Shown here: piece after piece, positions 24,698 through 34,186 of the stretch
Position numbering within the stretch: the stretch's first letter is position 1
Layout of the letters: each line of letters begins with the position of its first letter
Assembly (NCBI GenBank): GCA_043802315.1
Contig: JAZDLE010000027.1
Coordinates: 1 to 45,628 of the forward strand
Reading direction: 5' to 3'
DNA length: 45,628 nt
From: Nitrospirota bacterium
GTDB taxonomy: Bacteria > Nitrospirota > Thermodesulfovibrionia > Thermodesulfovibrionales > SM23-35
Translations under genes and position numbers: made by a program
Notes under the pieces: model-generated
What the model was told of the DNA's origin: nothing
Database searches by the model: none
The model's input: the letters and a program-made list of their open reading frames with translations, nothing else

Positions 24698-26542
24698 TCA
24701 GTAGTCTCCAAAGGTAACCCTCAATACTTCTTCTACGGTGGTAATGCCTTCCTTTATCTTATTGATGCCACTCATCCTCAGGGTCTTCATGCCGAGCTTG
24801 ACAGCAGTCTTCTTTATCTCATCAGCTGATGCCCCTTCAAGAACAAGCTCCTTGATCTCGGACCCAACTGGCATAATCTCATAGAGTGCTATCCTTCCTT
24901 TATATCCAGAACCATTGCATGCAGAACACCCCTTGCCTCTGTAACATTTCACTGTCTTTGCATCTTCCTCTGAGAAACCTATCTTGAGTAAGGCTGCCTC
25001 TGGTATAGCCTCTTCCTCTTTGCACTTTGTACATACCTTCCTTACAAGCCTCTGGGCCATGATAAGGATAATCGATGATGATACAAGAAAAGGCTCAATA
25101 CCCATATTCAACAATCTGCTTATGCTGCTTGGGGCATCATTCGTGTGCAGAGTGCTTAAGACGAGATGACCTGTAAGGGCCGCTTTGACTGCAATCTCTG
25201 CTGTCTCAAAGTCACGAATCTCTCCGACCATAATGATGTCCGGGCTTTGCCTCAAAAAAGACCTCAGGGCTGAGGCAAAGGTGAGGCCAATCTCTTCTTT
25301 CACCTGAACCTGATTTATCCCATGGAAGTTATACTCAATAGGGTCTTCGACAGTCATTATGTTAATTCCGGTTTTATTGAGGTAATTCAATGCAGAGTAG
25401 AGGGTTGTTGTCTTACCACTCCCCGTTGGTCCTGTAACGAGGATCATACCGTACGGCTTATCCAGCGCATCCATGAAATCCTTTAAGGCGCCCTCTTCAA
25501 ATCCGAGCTTTGTAAGGTCTACCTGGAGATTTGCTTTATCGAGGATCCTGAGAACTGTCTTTTCACCGAAAAGACACGGCAAAACCGAAACTCGGAAGTC
25601 TATTTCTCTTTTCTTGCCGAGTCTCAGTTTAATCCTTCCATCCTGAGGTAATCTTCTTTCCGCAATATCGAGTTTTGCCATGATCTTGAGCCTCGATGTT
25701 GCAGAATCTTTAATCTTTTTTGGGAGATTCATTGCGTTAAACATTATGCCATCAACTCTATATCTTACCCTGAGGGACTTCTCATAGGGCTCTATATGGA
25801 TATCACTTGCACCGCTTTTTATTGCCCTGATAAGTATTCCATTAACAAGCTTAACTACAGGTTCTTCTACTTCCTTGGTCAACATGTCCCTTCTGTCAGT
25901 AACAACCTCTATGCTATCGAGTGCATCTCCAACAAGTTTGTCAAATTCATCCACATCAACCATTGGACCTTCATCGACAGGATTAACTCCCACCTCACTC
26001 AATTCTTCTTCTGCGTATGTATAATTCTCAGTCTGAAGTACCTCTGGGGATGTATACGTTTCAGCCTGAAGCACTTTTCCCTTTTCTCCCCCTTTCGCCG
26101 CGACAAGGGCTTCACCATAGCCCATGTAATAGGTTGACAGGGCATTTAAGATTGAAGATTCACTCGACACAACAACCTCAACATTGTAACCCGTCCTGAA
26201 CTTCACATCATCAATCGCAAATACATTAGAAGGATCAACCATAGCAATCGTCAAGGTAGCACCAACCCTCGCAACAGGCACAATAAGATATTTTCTCGCC
26301 ATATCAACAGGTATGAGTTTTAAGAGAGAAGGGTCAACCTTGTAATCTGAGAGGTTTATTGCAGGAACACCAGACTGTCTGCTGAGGAAGGCAACAAGTT
26401 TTTCTTCCGTTACATAGCCTAATTTTACGAGATTTGTCCCGAGTCTTCCACCTTCTCTTCCCTGCAGGCTCAGGGCATCTTTTAGTTGTCCCTCTGTGAT
26501 GATATTAGAGGCTATCAGGAGCTGACCTAATCTTGCTGCCAT
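24698..26542 (-). CDS. pilB: type IV pilus assembly ATPase PilB/GspE, tandem paralog 2
   Basis: MshEN-type N-terminus, Walker A GPTGSGKTT, and tetra-Cys CTKC...CSAC. Confidence 0.9.
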   Translation of the reverse strand: MAARLGQLLIASNIITEGQLKDALSLQGREGGRLGTNLVKLGYVTEEKLVAFLSRQSGVPAINLSDYKVDPSLLKLIPVDMARKYLIVPVARVGATLTIAMVDPSNVFAIDDVKFRTGYNVEVVVSSESSILNALSTYYMGYGEALVAAKGGEKGKVLQAETYTSPEVLQTENYTYAEEELSEVGVNPVDEGPMVDVDEFDKLVGDALDSIEVVTDRRDMLTKEVEEPVVKLVNGILIRAIKSGASDIHIEPYEKSLRVRYRVDGIMFNAMNLPKKIKDSATSRLKIMAKLDIAERRLPQDGRIKLRLGKKREIDFRVSVLPCLFGEKTVLRILDKANLQVDLTKLGFEEGALKDFMDALDKPYGMILVTGPTGSGKTTTLYSALNYLNKTGINIMTVEDPIEYNFHGINQVQVKEEIGLTFASALRSFLRQSPDIIMVGEIRDFETAEIAVKAALTGHLVLSTLHTNDAPSSISRLLNMGIEPFLVSSSIILIMAQRLVRKVCTKCKEEEAIPEAALLKIGFSEEDAKTVKCYRGKGCSACNGSGYKGRIALYEIMPVGSEIKELVLEGASADEIKKTAVKLGMKTLRMSGINKIKEGITTVEEVLRVTFGDY

Positions 26543-26557
26543 CTCTCACTCCACCTC

Positions 26558-28378
26558 TCAGTCTCCAAAGGTAGCCCTCATCACCTCTTCTACAGAGGTA
26601 ACGCCTTCCTTTATCTTATTGAGGCCACTCATCCTCAGGGTCTTCATGCCGAGCTTGACAGCAGTCTTCTTTATCTCATCAGCTGATGCCCCTTCAAGGA
26701 CAAGCTCCTTGATTTCATCCTTGAGAGGCATAACCTCATAGAGTGCTATCCTTCCTTTATATCCAGAACCATTGCATGCAGGGCACCCCTTGCCTCTGTA
26801 ACATTTTACTGTCTTTGCATCTTCCTCTGAGAAACCTATCTTGAGTAAGGCTGCCTCTGGTACATCCTCCTCCTCTTTGCACTTTGTACATACCTTCCTT
26901 ACAAGCCTTTGAGAGACAATAAGGATAACCGATGCTGATACAAGAAAAGGCTCAATACCCATATTCAACAATCTGCTTATGCTGCCTGGGGCATCATTCG
27001 TATGCAGGGTGCTCAAGACGAGATGACCTGTAAGGGCCGCTTTGACTGAAATCTCTGCCGTCTCGAAGTCACGAATCTCTCCGACCATAATGACGTCAGG
27101 GTCCTGCCTCAAAAAAGACCTCAGGGCTGAGGCAAAAGTGAGGCCAATATCTTCTTTCATCTGAACCTGATTTATCCCGAGAAAGTTATACTCGACAGGG
27201 TCCTCTGCAGTCGATATATTAATGCCCACCTTATTGAGGTAATTCAATCCAGAATAGAGGGTTGTTGTCTTACCACTCCCCGTTGGTCCTGTAACAAGGA
27301 CCATGCCGTACGGCTTATTCAGCGCGTCCATGAAATCCTTTAAGGCGCCCTCTTCAAATCCGAGCTTTGTAAGGTCTACCTGGAGATTTGATTTATCGAG
27401 GATCCTTAAAACAACCCTTTCCCCAAAAAGACATGGTACTGTGGAAACGCGAAAATCTATCTCACCTCTTTTGCCGAGTCTCAGTTTAATTCTTCCATCC
27501 TGAGGTAGCCTTCTTTCCGCGATATCAAGCCTCGCCATGATCTTGAGCCTTGATGACACAGCAGCCTTTATCCTCACCGGCAGGTTCATAACGACATACA
27601 TCAAGCCATCAATCCTCTGCCTCACCCGCACGGAGTTCTCGTAGGGCTCTATATGGATATCGCTTGCACCAGCCCTTATTGCATTGATAAGCATACCATT
27701 AACAAGCTTCACGATCGGTGGTGCAACATCTCTTATAACTTCTGCATCCTCTTTTTCTTCCACCACCTCGACATTGTCAAGGGCCTTATCCACTACCTCG
27801 TTAAGTTTATCAGTATCGCCAAAACCTTCATCAATTGATAAAGAACTTTCTTCAATACTCTCTTCAAAACTCTCTTCAAAATCCGGGACTTCATAATTCT
27901 TTGCCTGAAGCACCTCTGTTGCTAATCCTTTTGAGGCAATGAGGGACTCACCATTGCTCACATAATGGGTTGATATGGCATTTAAGATTGAAGATTCACT
28001 CGACACAACAACCTCAACATTGTAACCCGTCCTGAACTTCACATCATCAATCGCAAATACATTAGAAGGATCAACCATAGCAATCGTCAAGGTAGCACCA
28101 ACCCTCGCAACAGGTACAATAAGATATTTTCTCGCCATATCAACAGGTATGAGTTTTAAGAGAGAAGGATCAATCTTGTAATCTGAGAGGTCTATTGCAG
28201 GAACACCATACTGTCTACTGAGGAAGGCAACAAGTTTTTCTTCCGTAATATAGCCTAACTTTAGGAGGTTCCTCCCGATTTTTCCACCCTCTCGTTTCTG
28301 GAGGTCCAAGGCGTCTTTCAGTTGGCCATCTGTAATGATATTAGAGGTTATCAGGAGCTGACCTAATCTTGCTGGCAT
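26558..28378 (-). CDS. pilB: type IV pilus assembly ATPase PilB/GspE, tandem paralog 1
   Basis: Same architecture as paralog 2, with a divergent acidic linker. Confidence 0.9.
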   Translation of the reverse strand: MPARLGQLLITSNIITDGQLKDALDLQKREGGKIGRNLLKLGYITEEKLVAFLSRQYGVPAIDLSDYKIDPSLLKLIPVDMARKYLIVPVARVGATLTIAMVDPSNVFAIDDVKFRTGYNVEVVVSSESSILNAISTHYVSNGESLIASKGLATEVLQAKNYEVPDFEESFEESIEESSLSIDEGFGDTDKLNEVVDKALDNVEVVEEKEDAEVIRDVAPPIVKLVNGMLINAIRAGASDIHIEPYENSVRVRQRIDGLMYVVMNLPVRIKAAVSSRLKIMARLDIAERRLPQDGRIKLRLGKRGEIDFRVSTVPCLFGERVVLRILDKSNLQVDLTKLGFEEGALKDFMDALNKPYGMVLVTGPTGSGKTTTLYSGLNYLNKVGINISTAEDPVEYNFLGINQVQMKEDIGLTFASALRSFLRQDPDVIMVGEIRDFETAEISVKAALTGHLVLSTLHTNDAPGSISRLLNMGIEPFLVSASVILIVSQRLVRKVCTKCKEEEDVPEAALLKIGFSEEDAKTVKCYRGKGCPACNGSGYKGRIALYEVMPLKDEIKELVLEGASADEIKKTAVKLGMKTLRMSGLNKIKEGVTSVEEVMRATFGD

Positions 28379-28409
28379 GTTCTTAACATATATAAAAGCA
28401 TAATGAATG

Positions 28410-28901
28410 TCAAACTGGTTTATACGTTAAAGATCCGAGTGATCTCTCTCCTTTTCCAATTATTTTTGCCCATCCACTGATACGATTGCGGTAAATCCTA
28501 CTTGGCTTTTGAAAGCAAAGCTGATGTCTTTTTATAATATTGCCAATTGTTGACTCAGAAATGTTTTTCACCCTCTTTTGATTGCAATATTCATCTAAAA
28601 GGGGTTTGATCTTTTCTTTTCCGAGCCTTGGGTGCTCCTGTCTTAGAGCTCTGATAAACTCAATGACCTCAGGAGGAATAGTTGATTTTCTTACTCTCTT
28701 GGGACGGGTAGAAAGGGGGACTAAGGCTATAAGTTTACCTCCCATGTCTTTCAGTCTTTTCCTCCAGCGGTTGATTACCTTTCTGTCCGTACCAAAGGCT
28801 TCAATAGTAGCCTTTTCGCCGTATCTCTCATAGAACCTGATGATCTTCATCCTCTGTGCAGCTACCTCGCTTCCTTCAAATCTTCTGAAACTATTGTTCA
28901 T
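28410..28901 (-). pseudogene. N-terminal HTH fragment of an integrase-type (rve/DDE, IS481-like) transposase
   Basis: HTH regions (VINRWRKRLKDMGG; PRLGKEKI...STIGNIIKR) are typical of the pre-DDE part of such transposases. No DDE core follows. Confidence 0.55.
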
Positions 28902-29024
28902 ATCTTGAAACCTATGATAACCCCATATCCTCTAACAACCTATATGCTTTTGCATAATGATCCTTATCTATATCTATTTTATGTCGCACATGTTTTTTAA
29001 CTTTTTTACCTTGGAAAAGCTGTG

Positions 29025-29519
29025 ATGAGAATCACAATCCGCAAATATGGTAAAATTGAAAATATAGAGGAAATTCGAGGTTTCGTAAGCATGGTCAGGA
29101 AGAAGGATATACCATCACCCAGTGACTTTGAGAGGGCTGAGAGGTTGAGAAAAGTCATAGAGGCCTTATACGAAATAAATAAAAGTGTTCCTGTTATCGT
29201 AGAAGGTAATAAAGATCTATCCGCATTGAGAAAGGTCGGTCTTATCGGAGAGATCATTACACTCCATAATGGGAAAACCCTCTACGACTTTTGCTCAGAT
29301 ATTGCAGAAAGATTTCAAAAGGTCATCATGCTCCTTGATTGGGACAAGAAGGGTGAGAGTCTTCATAAAGCTTTATCTATGCACCTTAATGGACATTGGG
29401 AGGAGTTTTCTTTTTTTAGGGAACTCTTCAAGGTGCATTGTCAGAAGGAGATAAGGGATGTCGAAGGAATACCGAAGCTCCTCAGGAGGTTGGAAGGAGA
29501 TGAAAGTCCTTGGTATTAA
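29025..29519 (+). CDS. small Toprim-domain protein (COG1658 / RNase M5-like class)
   Basis: VIVEGNKD (Toprim Glu) and LLDWDKKGE (DxD) motifs. Confidence 0.65.
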   Translation: MRITIRKYGKIENIEEIRGFVSMVRKKDIPSPSDFERAERLRKVIEALYEINKSVPVIVEGNKDLSALRKVGLIGEIITLHNGKTLYDFCSDIAERFQKVIMLLDWDKKGESLHKALSMHLNGHWEEFSFFRELFKVHCQKEIRDVEGIPKLLRRLEGDESPWY

Positions 29520-29850
29520 GGGTGAAAACCTTGCCGTAAAATTCCTCAAAGAGAAAGGCTACAGGATAATCGCACGGAACTATAAAACTCCCATTGGTGA
29601 GATTGATATTATTGCACAGGACGGTACTACCACAGTATTTATTGAAGTAAAAACAAGGACAGATGAGTTCTTTGGCCAGCCGTTCGAGGCAGTAAATAAG
29701 AGAAAAAGACAAAAGCTGAAAAATGTAGCCTTATTCTATCTGAAAAGACATGAGAGGGCATTTCCCGTGAGATTTGATGTCCTCAGTATTTTTTACAGGG
29801 AAAACGGAAAGAAGGAGATCGAGCATATCAAGGATGCCTTTGAGGTTTAA
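29500..29850 (+). CDS. yraN: YraN family (UPF0102) PD-(D/E)xK-like endonuclease
   Basis: GENLAVKFLKEKGYRIIARNYKTPIGEIDIIA...VFIEVKTR...RFDV. Overlaps the Toprim gene by 20 nt. Confidence 0.8.
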   Translation: MKVLGIKGENLAVKFLKEKGYRIIARNYKTPIGEIDIIAQDGTTTVFIEVKTRTDEFFGQPFEAVNKRKRQKLKNVALFYLKRHERAFPVRFDVLSIFYRENGKKEIEHIKDAFEV

Positions 29851-30284
29851 GGCTTGCTACCAGACTGTGGAGCTGATTTCTTCGAGACCTTTTTCTCAGA
29901 TCCTGCTTCTTTGGATTTCCGTATGTCCTCATAATCAACAAATTCAAGAACAGCCATCGGTGAAGAGTCCTTAATTCTGTTTCTCGTCTGGACAATCCTC
30001 AAGTATCCACCATTTCTTCCAGAAAGTCTCGGCGCTATCTCACCGAAAAGTTTTGCAATAGCAGTCCTGTTTGGAAGATACGAAAGGGCAAGTCGTTTTG
30101 CGTGGAGATCACCTCTGATACCGAGCGTTATCATCTTCTCAGCAATCCTTTTAATCTCCTTTGCCTTTGGAACAGTTGTCTCTATCCTCTGATGTTCAAA
30201 GAGTGATGCTACCAACCCACGCAAGAGGGCTTTCCTCTGGTTTGCAGTTCTCCCGAATAACCTGCCATCAACTCTATGTCGCAT
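29847..30284 (-). CDS. rplQ: 50S ribosomal protein L17
   Basis: MRHRVDGRLFGRTANQRKALLRGL; GGAGG RBS. The start overlaps the rpoA end by 11 nt. Confidence 0.95.
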   Translation of the reverse strand: MRHRVDGRLFGRTANQRKALLRGLVASLFEHQRIETTVPKAKEIKRIAEKMITLGIRGDLHAKRLALSYLPNRTAIAKLFGEIAPRLSGRNGGYLRIVQTRNRIKDSSPMAVLEFVDYEDIRKSKEAGSEKKVSKKSAPQSGSKP

Positions 30285-31329
30285 CTTGCTCAACACCTCC
30301 ACTTTGTGAAGGTTGTAAAGGCATCTCCCTGTTAAGGGCATCAAGGTCGACCCTCATGCCGAGGCGTAATCCCATTAAATGGAGTATCTCTTTTATCTCA
30401 TTCAGGGACTTGCGTCCAAAGTTCTTTGTCTTGAGCATCTCGTGCTCTGTTTTCTGTACAAGGTCGGCAATGGTCTTTATACTCGCATTCTTCAGACAGT
30501 TATTGGCTCTCACAGAAAGCTCCAGCTCGTCAACACTCTTGAGAAGGTTACTGTTGAATACCGGATTATCGCTCAATGGTTGTGATCCATTATTTTCCTG
30601 CATTAAACTAATCTCTTCTTCCTCCTTTTCCTCTTCTAATTGGAACAGTTCCATATGCTCAATGACGATTGAAGCAGCCTGTGAAACTGCTCCTTCAGGT
30701 GTTATACTTCCATCGGTCCATATCTCCATGACGAGCCTGTCATAATCTGTTGCCCTTCCGACCCTCGCTTTCTCCACAGTGAAGTTAACTTTCTTGATAG
30801 GAGTAAAAACAGAATCAACAGCAATCATATTTACAGGGAGAGCTTCCTCTTTATTTAACTCGGAGGGTACATATCCCTTGCCTTTTTTGACATGCATCTC
30901 AGCCTCAAAGAGGGCATCCTTATCTAAGGTTGCTATAACCTGCTCAGGGTTAAGGATTTCAAAAGATGCATCACCTTGAATATCAGAGCCTGTCACATCT
31001 TTAGGACCTTTAACCTTTATTGTTGCGGTTTTCTCTCCATCAGAATAGAGCTTAAATCTGAGCTTTTTCATATTGAGGATTATGTCAATCACGTCTTCCT
31101 TAATACCGTCTATTTTGGAGAATTCATGAAGGGCACCTTGTATCTTCACAGTCGTAACTGCTGCACCTTCAATAGAAGAAAGCAAGACCCTTCTAAGGGC
31201 ATTCCCTATAGTAGTACCATAACCACGTTCTAAAGGCTCCGCTACAAGTTTACCGTACAAGTCAGTCAGGGTTTCTTCATCAAACCTGATCTTTTCGGGT
31301 AACTGAAAGCCTTTTCTCTTCAAATCCAT
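30274..31329 (-). CDS. rpoA: DNA-directed RNA polymerase subunit alpha
   Basis: N-terminal domain plus C-terminal domain (ELELSVRANNCLKNA). Confidence 0.95.
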   Translation of the reverse strand: MDLKRKGFQLPEKIRFDEETLTDLYGKLVAEPLERGYGTTIGNALRRVLLSSIEGAAVTTVKIQGALHEFSKIDGIKEDVIDIILNMKKLRFKLYSDGEKTATIKVKGPKDVTGSDIQGDASFEILNPEQVIATLDKDALFEAEMHVKKGKGYVPSELNKEEALPVNMIAVDSVFTPIKKVNFTVEKARVGRATDYDRLVMEIWTDGSITPEGAVSQAASIVIEHMELFQLEEEKEEEEISLMQENNGSQPLSDNPVFNSNLLKSVDELELSVRANNCLKNASIKTIADLVQKTEHEMLKTKNFGRKSLNEIKEILHLMGLRLGMRVDLDALNREMPLQPSQSGGVEQDAT

Positions 31330-31407
31330 AAGGCCTCCTCTGAATCTTTGAAAGTAAGAAATGGCAACACTGTGTTTCTCATTTCTTTACTTCTTATTTC
31401 TTGTTTT

Positions 31408-32034
31408 TTACTTCGAATAGAGCTCTACTACGAGTTGCTCCTGAACAGGAAGTTGAATTTCGTCCCTTGACGGAATATGCACTACCTTACCTCTCATGTT
31501 TGCACTGTCAACCTCAACCCACGGAGGTATTCCTCTATGTTCAGCCTTTGAGAGGCTGTCCGTTATCTCGGGTATATCCCTGCTTGATTCCTTCACCTCA
31601 ACGAAATCCCCGGCCTTGACCTCATAGGACGGAAGGCTCACCACCTTACCGTTTACAAGAAAGTGTCTATGAGTTACAAATTGTCTTGCCTTACGTCTGT
31701 TTGGTGCAAAACCCATCCGATATACAATGTTATCAAGACGGCTCTCGAGGAGCTGAAGGAGGACTTCCCCTGTAATGCCCTTTCTCCTTTCTGCATCAAA
31801 AAAATACAGCCTGAACTTCCTTTCAAGGAGTCCGTAAATCTTTCTGACCTTCTGTTTTTCCCTGAGTTGGATACCGTAGTCAGATAATTTCCTAAAAGCC
31901 GGCCCATGCTGTCCTGGAGGATATTTTCTTCTATCGATTGCACATTTTTCTGTGTAGCACCTGTCGCCCTTGAGAAAAAGTTTTTCACCTTCCCTACGAC
32001 AAATCCTACATAAAGCCCCTGTATATCTTGCCAC
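31408..32034 (-). CDS. rpsD: 30S ribosomal protein S4 (Cys-containing form)
   Basis: MARYTGALCRICRREG... Confidence 0.95.
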   Translation of the reverse strand: MARYTGALCRICRREGEKLFLKGDRCYTEKCAIDRRKYPPGQHGPAFRKLSDYGIQLREKQKVRKIYGLLERKFRLYFFDAERRKGITGEVLLQLLESRLDNIVYRMGFAPNRRKARQFVTHRHFLVNGKVVSLPSYEVKAGDFVEVKESSRDIPEITDSLSKAEHRGIPPWVEVDSANMRGKVVHIPSRDEIQLPVQEQLVVELYSK

Positions 32035-32035
32035 G

Positions 32036-32422
32036 TTAAACTCTCCTCTTTTTGGGAGGCCTACATCCGTTGTGAGGGACCGGTGTTACATCTTTTATGA
32101 GGTTAATCTCTAGACCTGCTGCCTGAAGCCCCCTAATAGCAGATTCCCTTCCCGCACCAGGCCCCTTAACAAAGATATCAATCTGCTTCATCCCCAAGTC
32201 TATTGCCTTTTTCGCCACTGCTGCAGCTGCTATCTGTGCAGCATAAGGAGTGCTTTTTCTTGAACCTTTAAACCCCAGGTTGCCTGCACTCGACCAGGTA
32301 ATAACATCACCATTTGGGTCAGTAATGGTTATTATCGTGTTGTTAAAGGTCGCTTGAATATGGGCTGTTCCGTAAGTAATATTTCTTTTCTCTTTCTTGA
32401 TACCCCTTTTCCTCTGAGCCAT
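32036..32422 (-). CDS. rpsK: 30S ribosomal protein S11
   Basis: Sequence family match. Confidence 0.95.
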   Translation of the reverse strand: MAQRKRGIKKEKRNITYGTAHIQATFNNTIITITDPNGDVITWSSAGNLGFKGSRKSTPYAAQIAAAAVAKKAIDLGMKQIDIFVKGPGAGRESAIRGLQAAGLEINLIKDVTPVPHNGCRPPKKRRV

Positions 32423-32426
32423 TCAG

Positions 32427-32801
32427 TTATGCCTCCTTCTTCTTGCTAACAGCCGCTTTTCTTGGTCCTTTACGAGTTCGTGCATTCGTTCTCGTCCTCT
32501 GACCTCTCACAGGAAGTCCTGTACGGTGTCTCAGTCCTCTGTAACTGCCGATATCCATGAGTCTTTTTATATCCATGGATATGTCACGTCTGAGATCACC
32601 CTCAACTCTATACTCCCTGTCTATTACTGTCCTTATCTTAACAATGTCTTCATCAGTGAGGTCCTTTACCCTTGTGTTAGGGTTTACCTTTATCTCAGAC
32701 AATATCTTCTGTGAAAGAGACCTTCCTATGCCGAAGATCCTCGTTAGCCCTATCTCAATGCGCTCATTCTTTGGTAAATCAACTCCAGCAATTCTTGCCA
32801 A
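32427..32801 (-). CDS. rpsM: 30S ribosomal protein S13
   Basis: [10 protein letters not shown]... Confidence 0.95.
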   Translation of the reverse strand: MARIAGVDLPKNERIEIGLTRIFGIGRSLSQKILSEIKVNPNTRVKDLTDEDIVKIRTVIDREYRVEGDLRRDISMDIKRLMDIGSYRGLRHRTGLPVRGQRTRTNARTRKGPRKAAVSKKKEA

Positions 32802-32876
32802 CTCACACTCCTTCCGCTAATTCAAAATACCGTTTTCCCCCACTACCAATGCAACATCCATAATTCATACATTGTT

Positions 32877-32990
32877 TCATCCTTGCCGCTGTTTGTGCCT
32901 TGGGTTATCACAAATAATCCTTATAATACCCTTCCTTTTTACTATCTTACATTTAGCACAGATAGGTTTTACCGATGACCTGACCTTCAT
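32877..32990 (-). CDS. rpmJ: 50S ribosomal protein L36 (not in the supplied ORF track)
   Basis: Manual translation gives [37 protein letters not shown]. Confidence 0.9.
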   Translation of the reverse strand: MKVRSSVKPICAKCKIVKRKGIIRIICDNPRHKQRQG

Positions 32991-33030
32991 AAGGTAACTC
33001 CACTCCTCTCAGAAATTTAAAATCTTAAAA

Positions 33031-33130
33031 AATCCCCTCAGGGATTAAAAACTTCGGAACTCCCCACCCCATAGGAAAGATAGAGTTTCACCACGAACCC
33101 TTTTTAAAAAGGGTCTTTAAAGGAAACTCT
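33031..33130 (-). promoter_or_regulatory. structured infA-rpmJ spacer: long hairpin plus terminator-like stem
   Basis: Stem 33082-89/33123-30 encloses the perfect 18-bp palindrome 33097-33114. AATCCC-N4-GGGATT at 33031-46 is followed by a T-run on the minus strand. Confidence 0.35.
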
Positions 33131-33156
33131 GTCTTACGTGTGCTAACTTTTGCATT

Positions 33157-33375
33157 TTATTTAGCTCTATATGTTATCCTTCCCTTTGTTAGATCATAGG
33201 GAGAAAGCTCTACTGTTACCTTATCGCCCGGCAAAATCTTTATAAAATGCATCCTCATCTTCCCTGAAACATAGGCGAGTATCACCTGACCATTCTCAAG
33301 CTTTACTTTAAACATTGCATTCGGCAGGGTTTCTACAACTATTCCCTGAACCTCTATAGTTTCCTCTTTTGGCAT
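33157..33375 (-). CDS. infA: translation initiation factor IF-1
   Basis: 72 aa S1-like OB fold. Confidence 0.95.
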   Translation of the reverse strand: MPKEETIEVQGIVVETLPNAMFKVKLENGQVILAYVSGKMRMHFIKILPGDKVTVELSPYDLTKGRITYRAK

Positions 33376-33396
33376 TAACTAAGAATTATAATTTTT

Positions 33397-34146
33397 TTAT
33401 TCGCTTTTAGTCAAGATGTTAGGTCCTTCCGATGTAACAAGTACAGTGTGCTCAAAATGGGCTGATGGTTTGCCATCAGATGTAACTGCTGTCCATCCAT
33501 CATTGAGAATAAAGACCTCATATCCTCCTAAGTTAACCATGGGCTCTATTGCGAGAGTCATGCCTTCCCTGAGCCTCGGTCCCTGTCCGGGTAACCCAAA
33601 GTTTGGAATGTGTGGGTCCTCATGTAATTCTCTGCCAATCCCATGTCCTACGAATGCTCTAACTACAGAAAATCCATTTGACTCAACATGATTCTGAATA
33701 GAATACGAGATATCAGATACTCTATTGTCTACCCTTGCATTCCCAATCCCTATGTACAGAGATTCTTCTGTTACCCTGAGCAGCTTTTCTAAAACAGGAG
33801 CTGTCCCCCCTATAGGAATGGTAACAGCACCATCACCGTAAAACCCATCTTTATAAACACCGAGGTCTATACTCAGAATATCTCCCTCGACTAAAACCCT
33901 CTTTGATGGTATGCCGTGAATAACCTCATTATTTACCGATGTGCAGATGCTTGCAGGATATCCCCTGTATCCCTTAAATGCCGGCACCCCTCCCTGTTCC
34001 CTAATATGGGCATCGGCAAAACTCTCGATCTCTATCGTGGTTAAGCCTGGTTTCACCATGATTTTTATGGCATCAATTGTCTTAGCGACAATACGACATG
34101 ACTGTGCTATCTTTTCTATCTCTTCCGGAGACTTTAAGATAATCAT
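33397..34146 (-). CDS. map: type I methionine aminopeptidase
   Basis: Metal ligands in D..GDI..ID...GY.GD and HGIG contexts. Confidence 0.95.
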   Translation of the reverse strand: MIILKSPEEIEKIAQSCRIVAKTIDAIKIMVKPGLTTIEIESFADAHIREQGGVPAFKGYRGYPASICTSVNNEVIHGIPSKRVLVEGDILSIDLGVYKDGFYGDGAVTIPIGGTAPVLEKLLRVTEESLYIGIGNARVDNRVSDISYSIQNHVESNGFSVVRAFVGHGIGRELHEDPHIPNFGLPGQGPRLREGMTLAIEPMVNLGGYEVFILNDGWTAVTSDGKPSAHFEHTVLVTSEGPNILTKSE

Positions 34147-34186
34147 CTATCTGAAAACTGTGCATCCCGATTGTGAATCTACTTTA

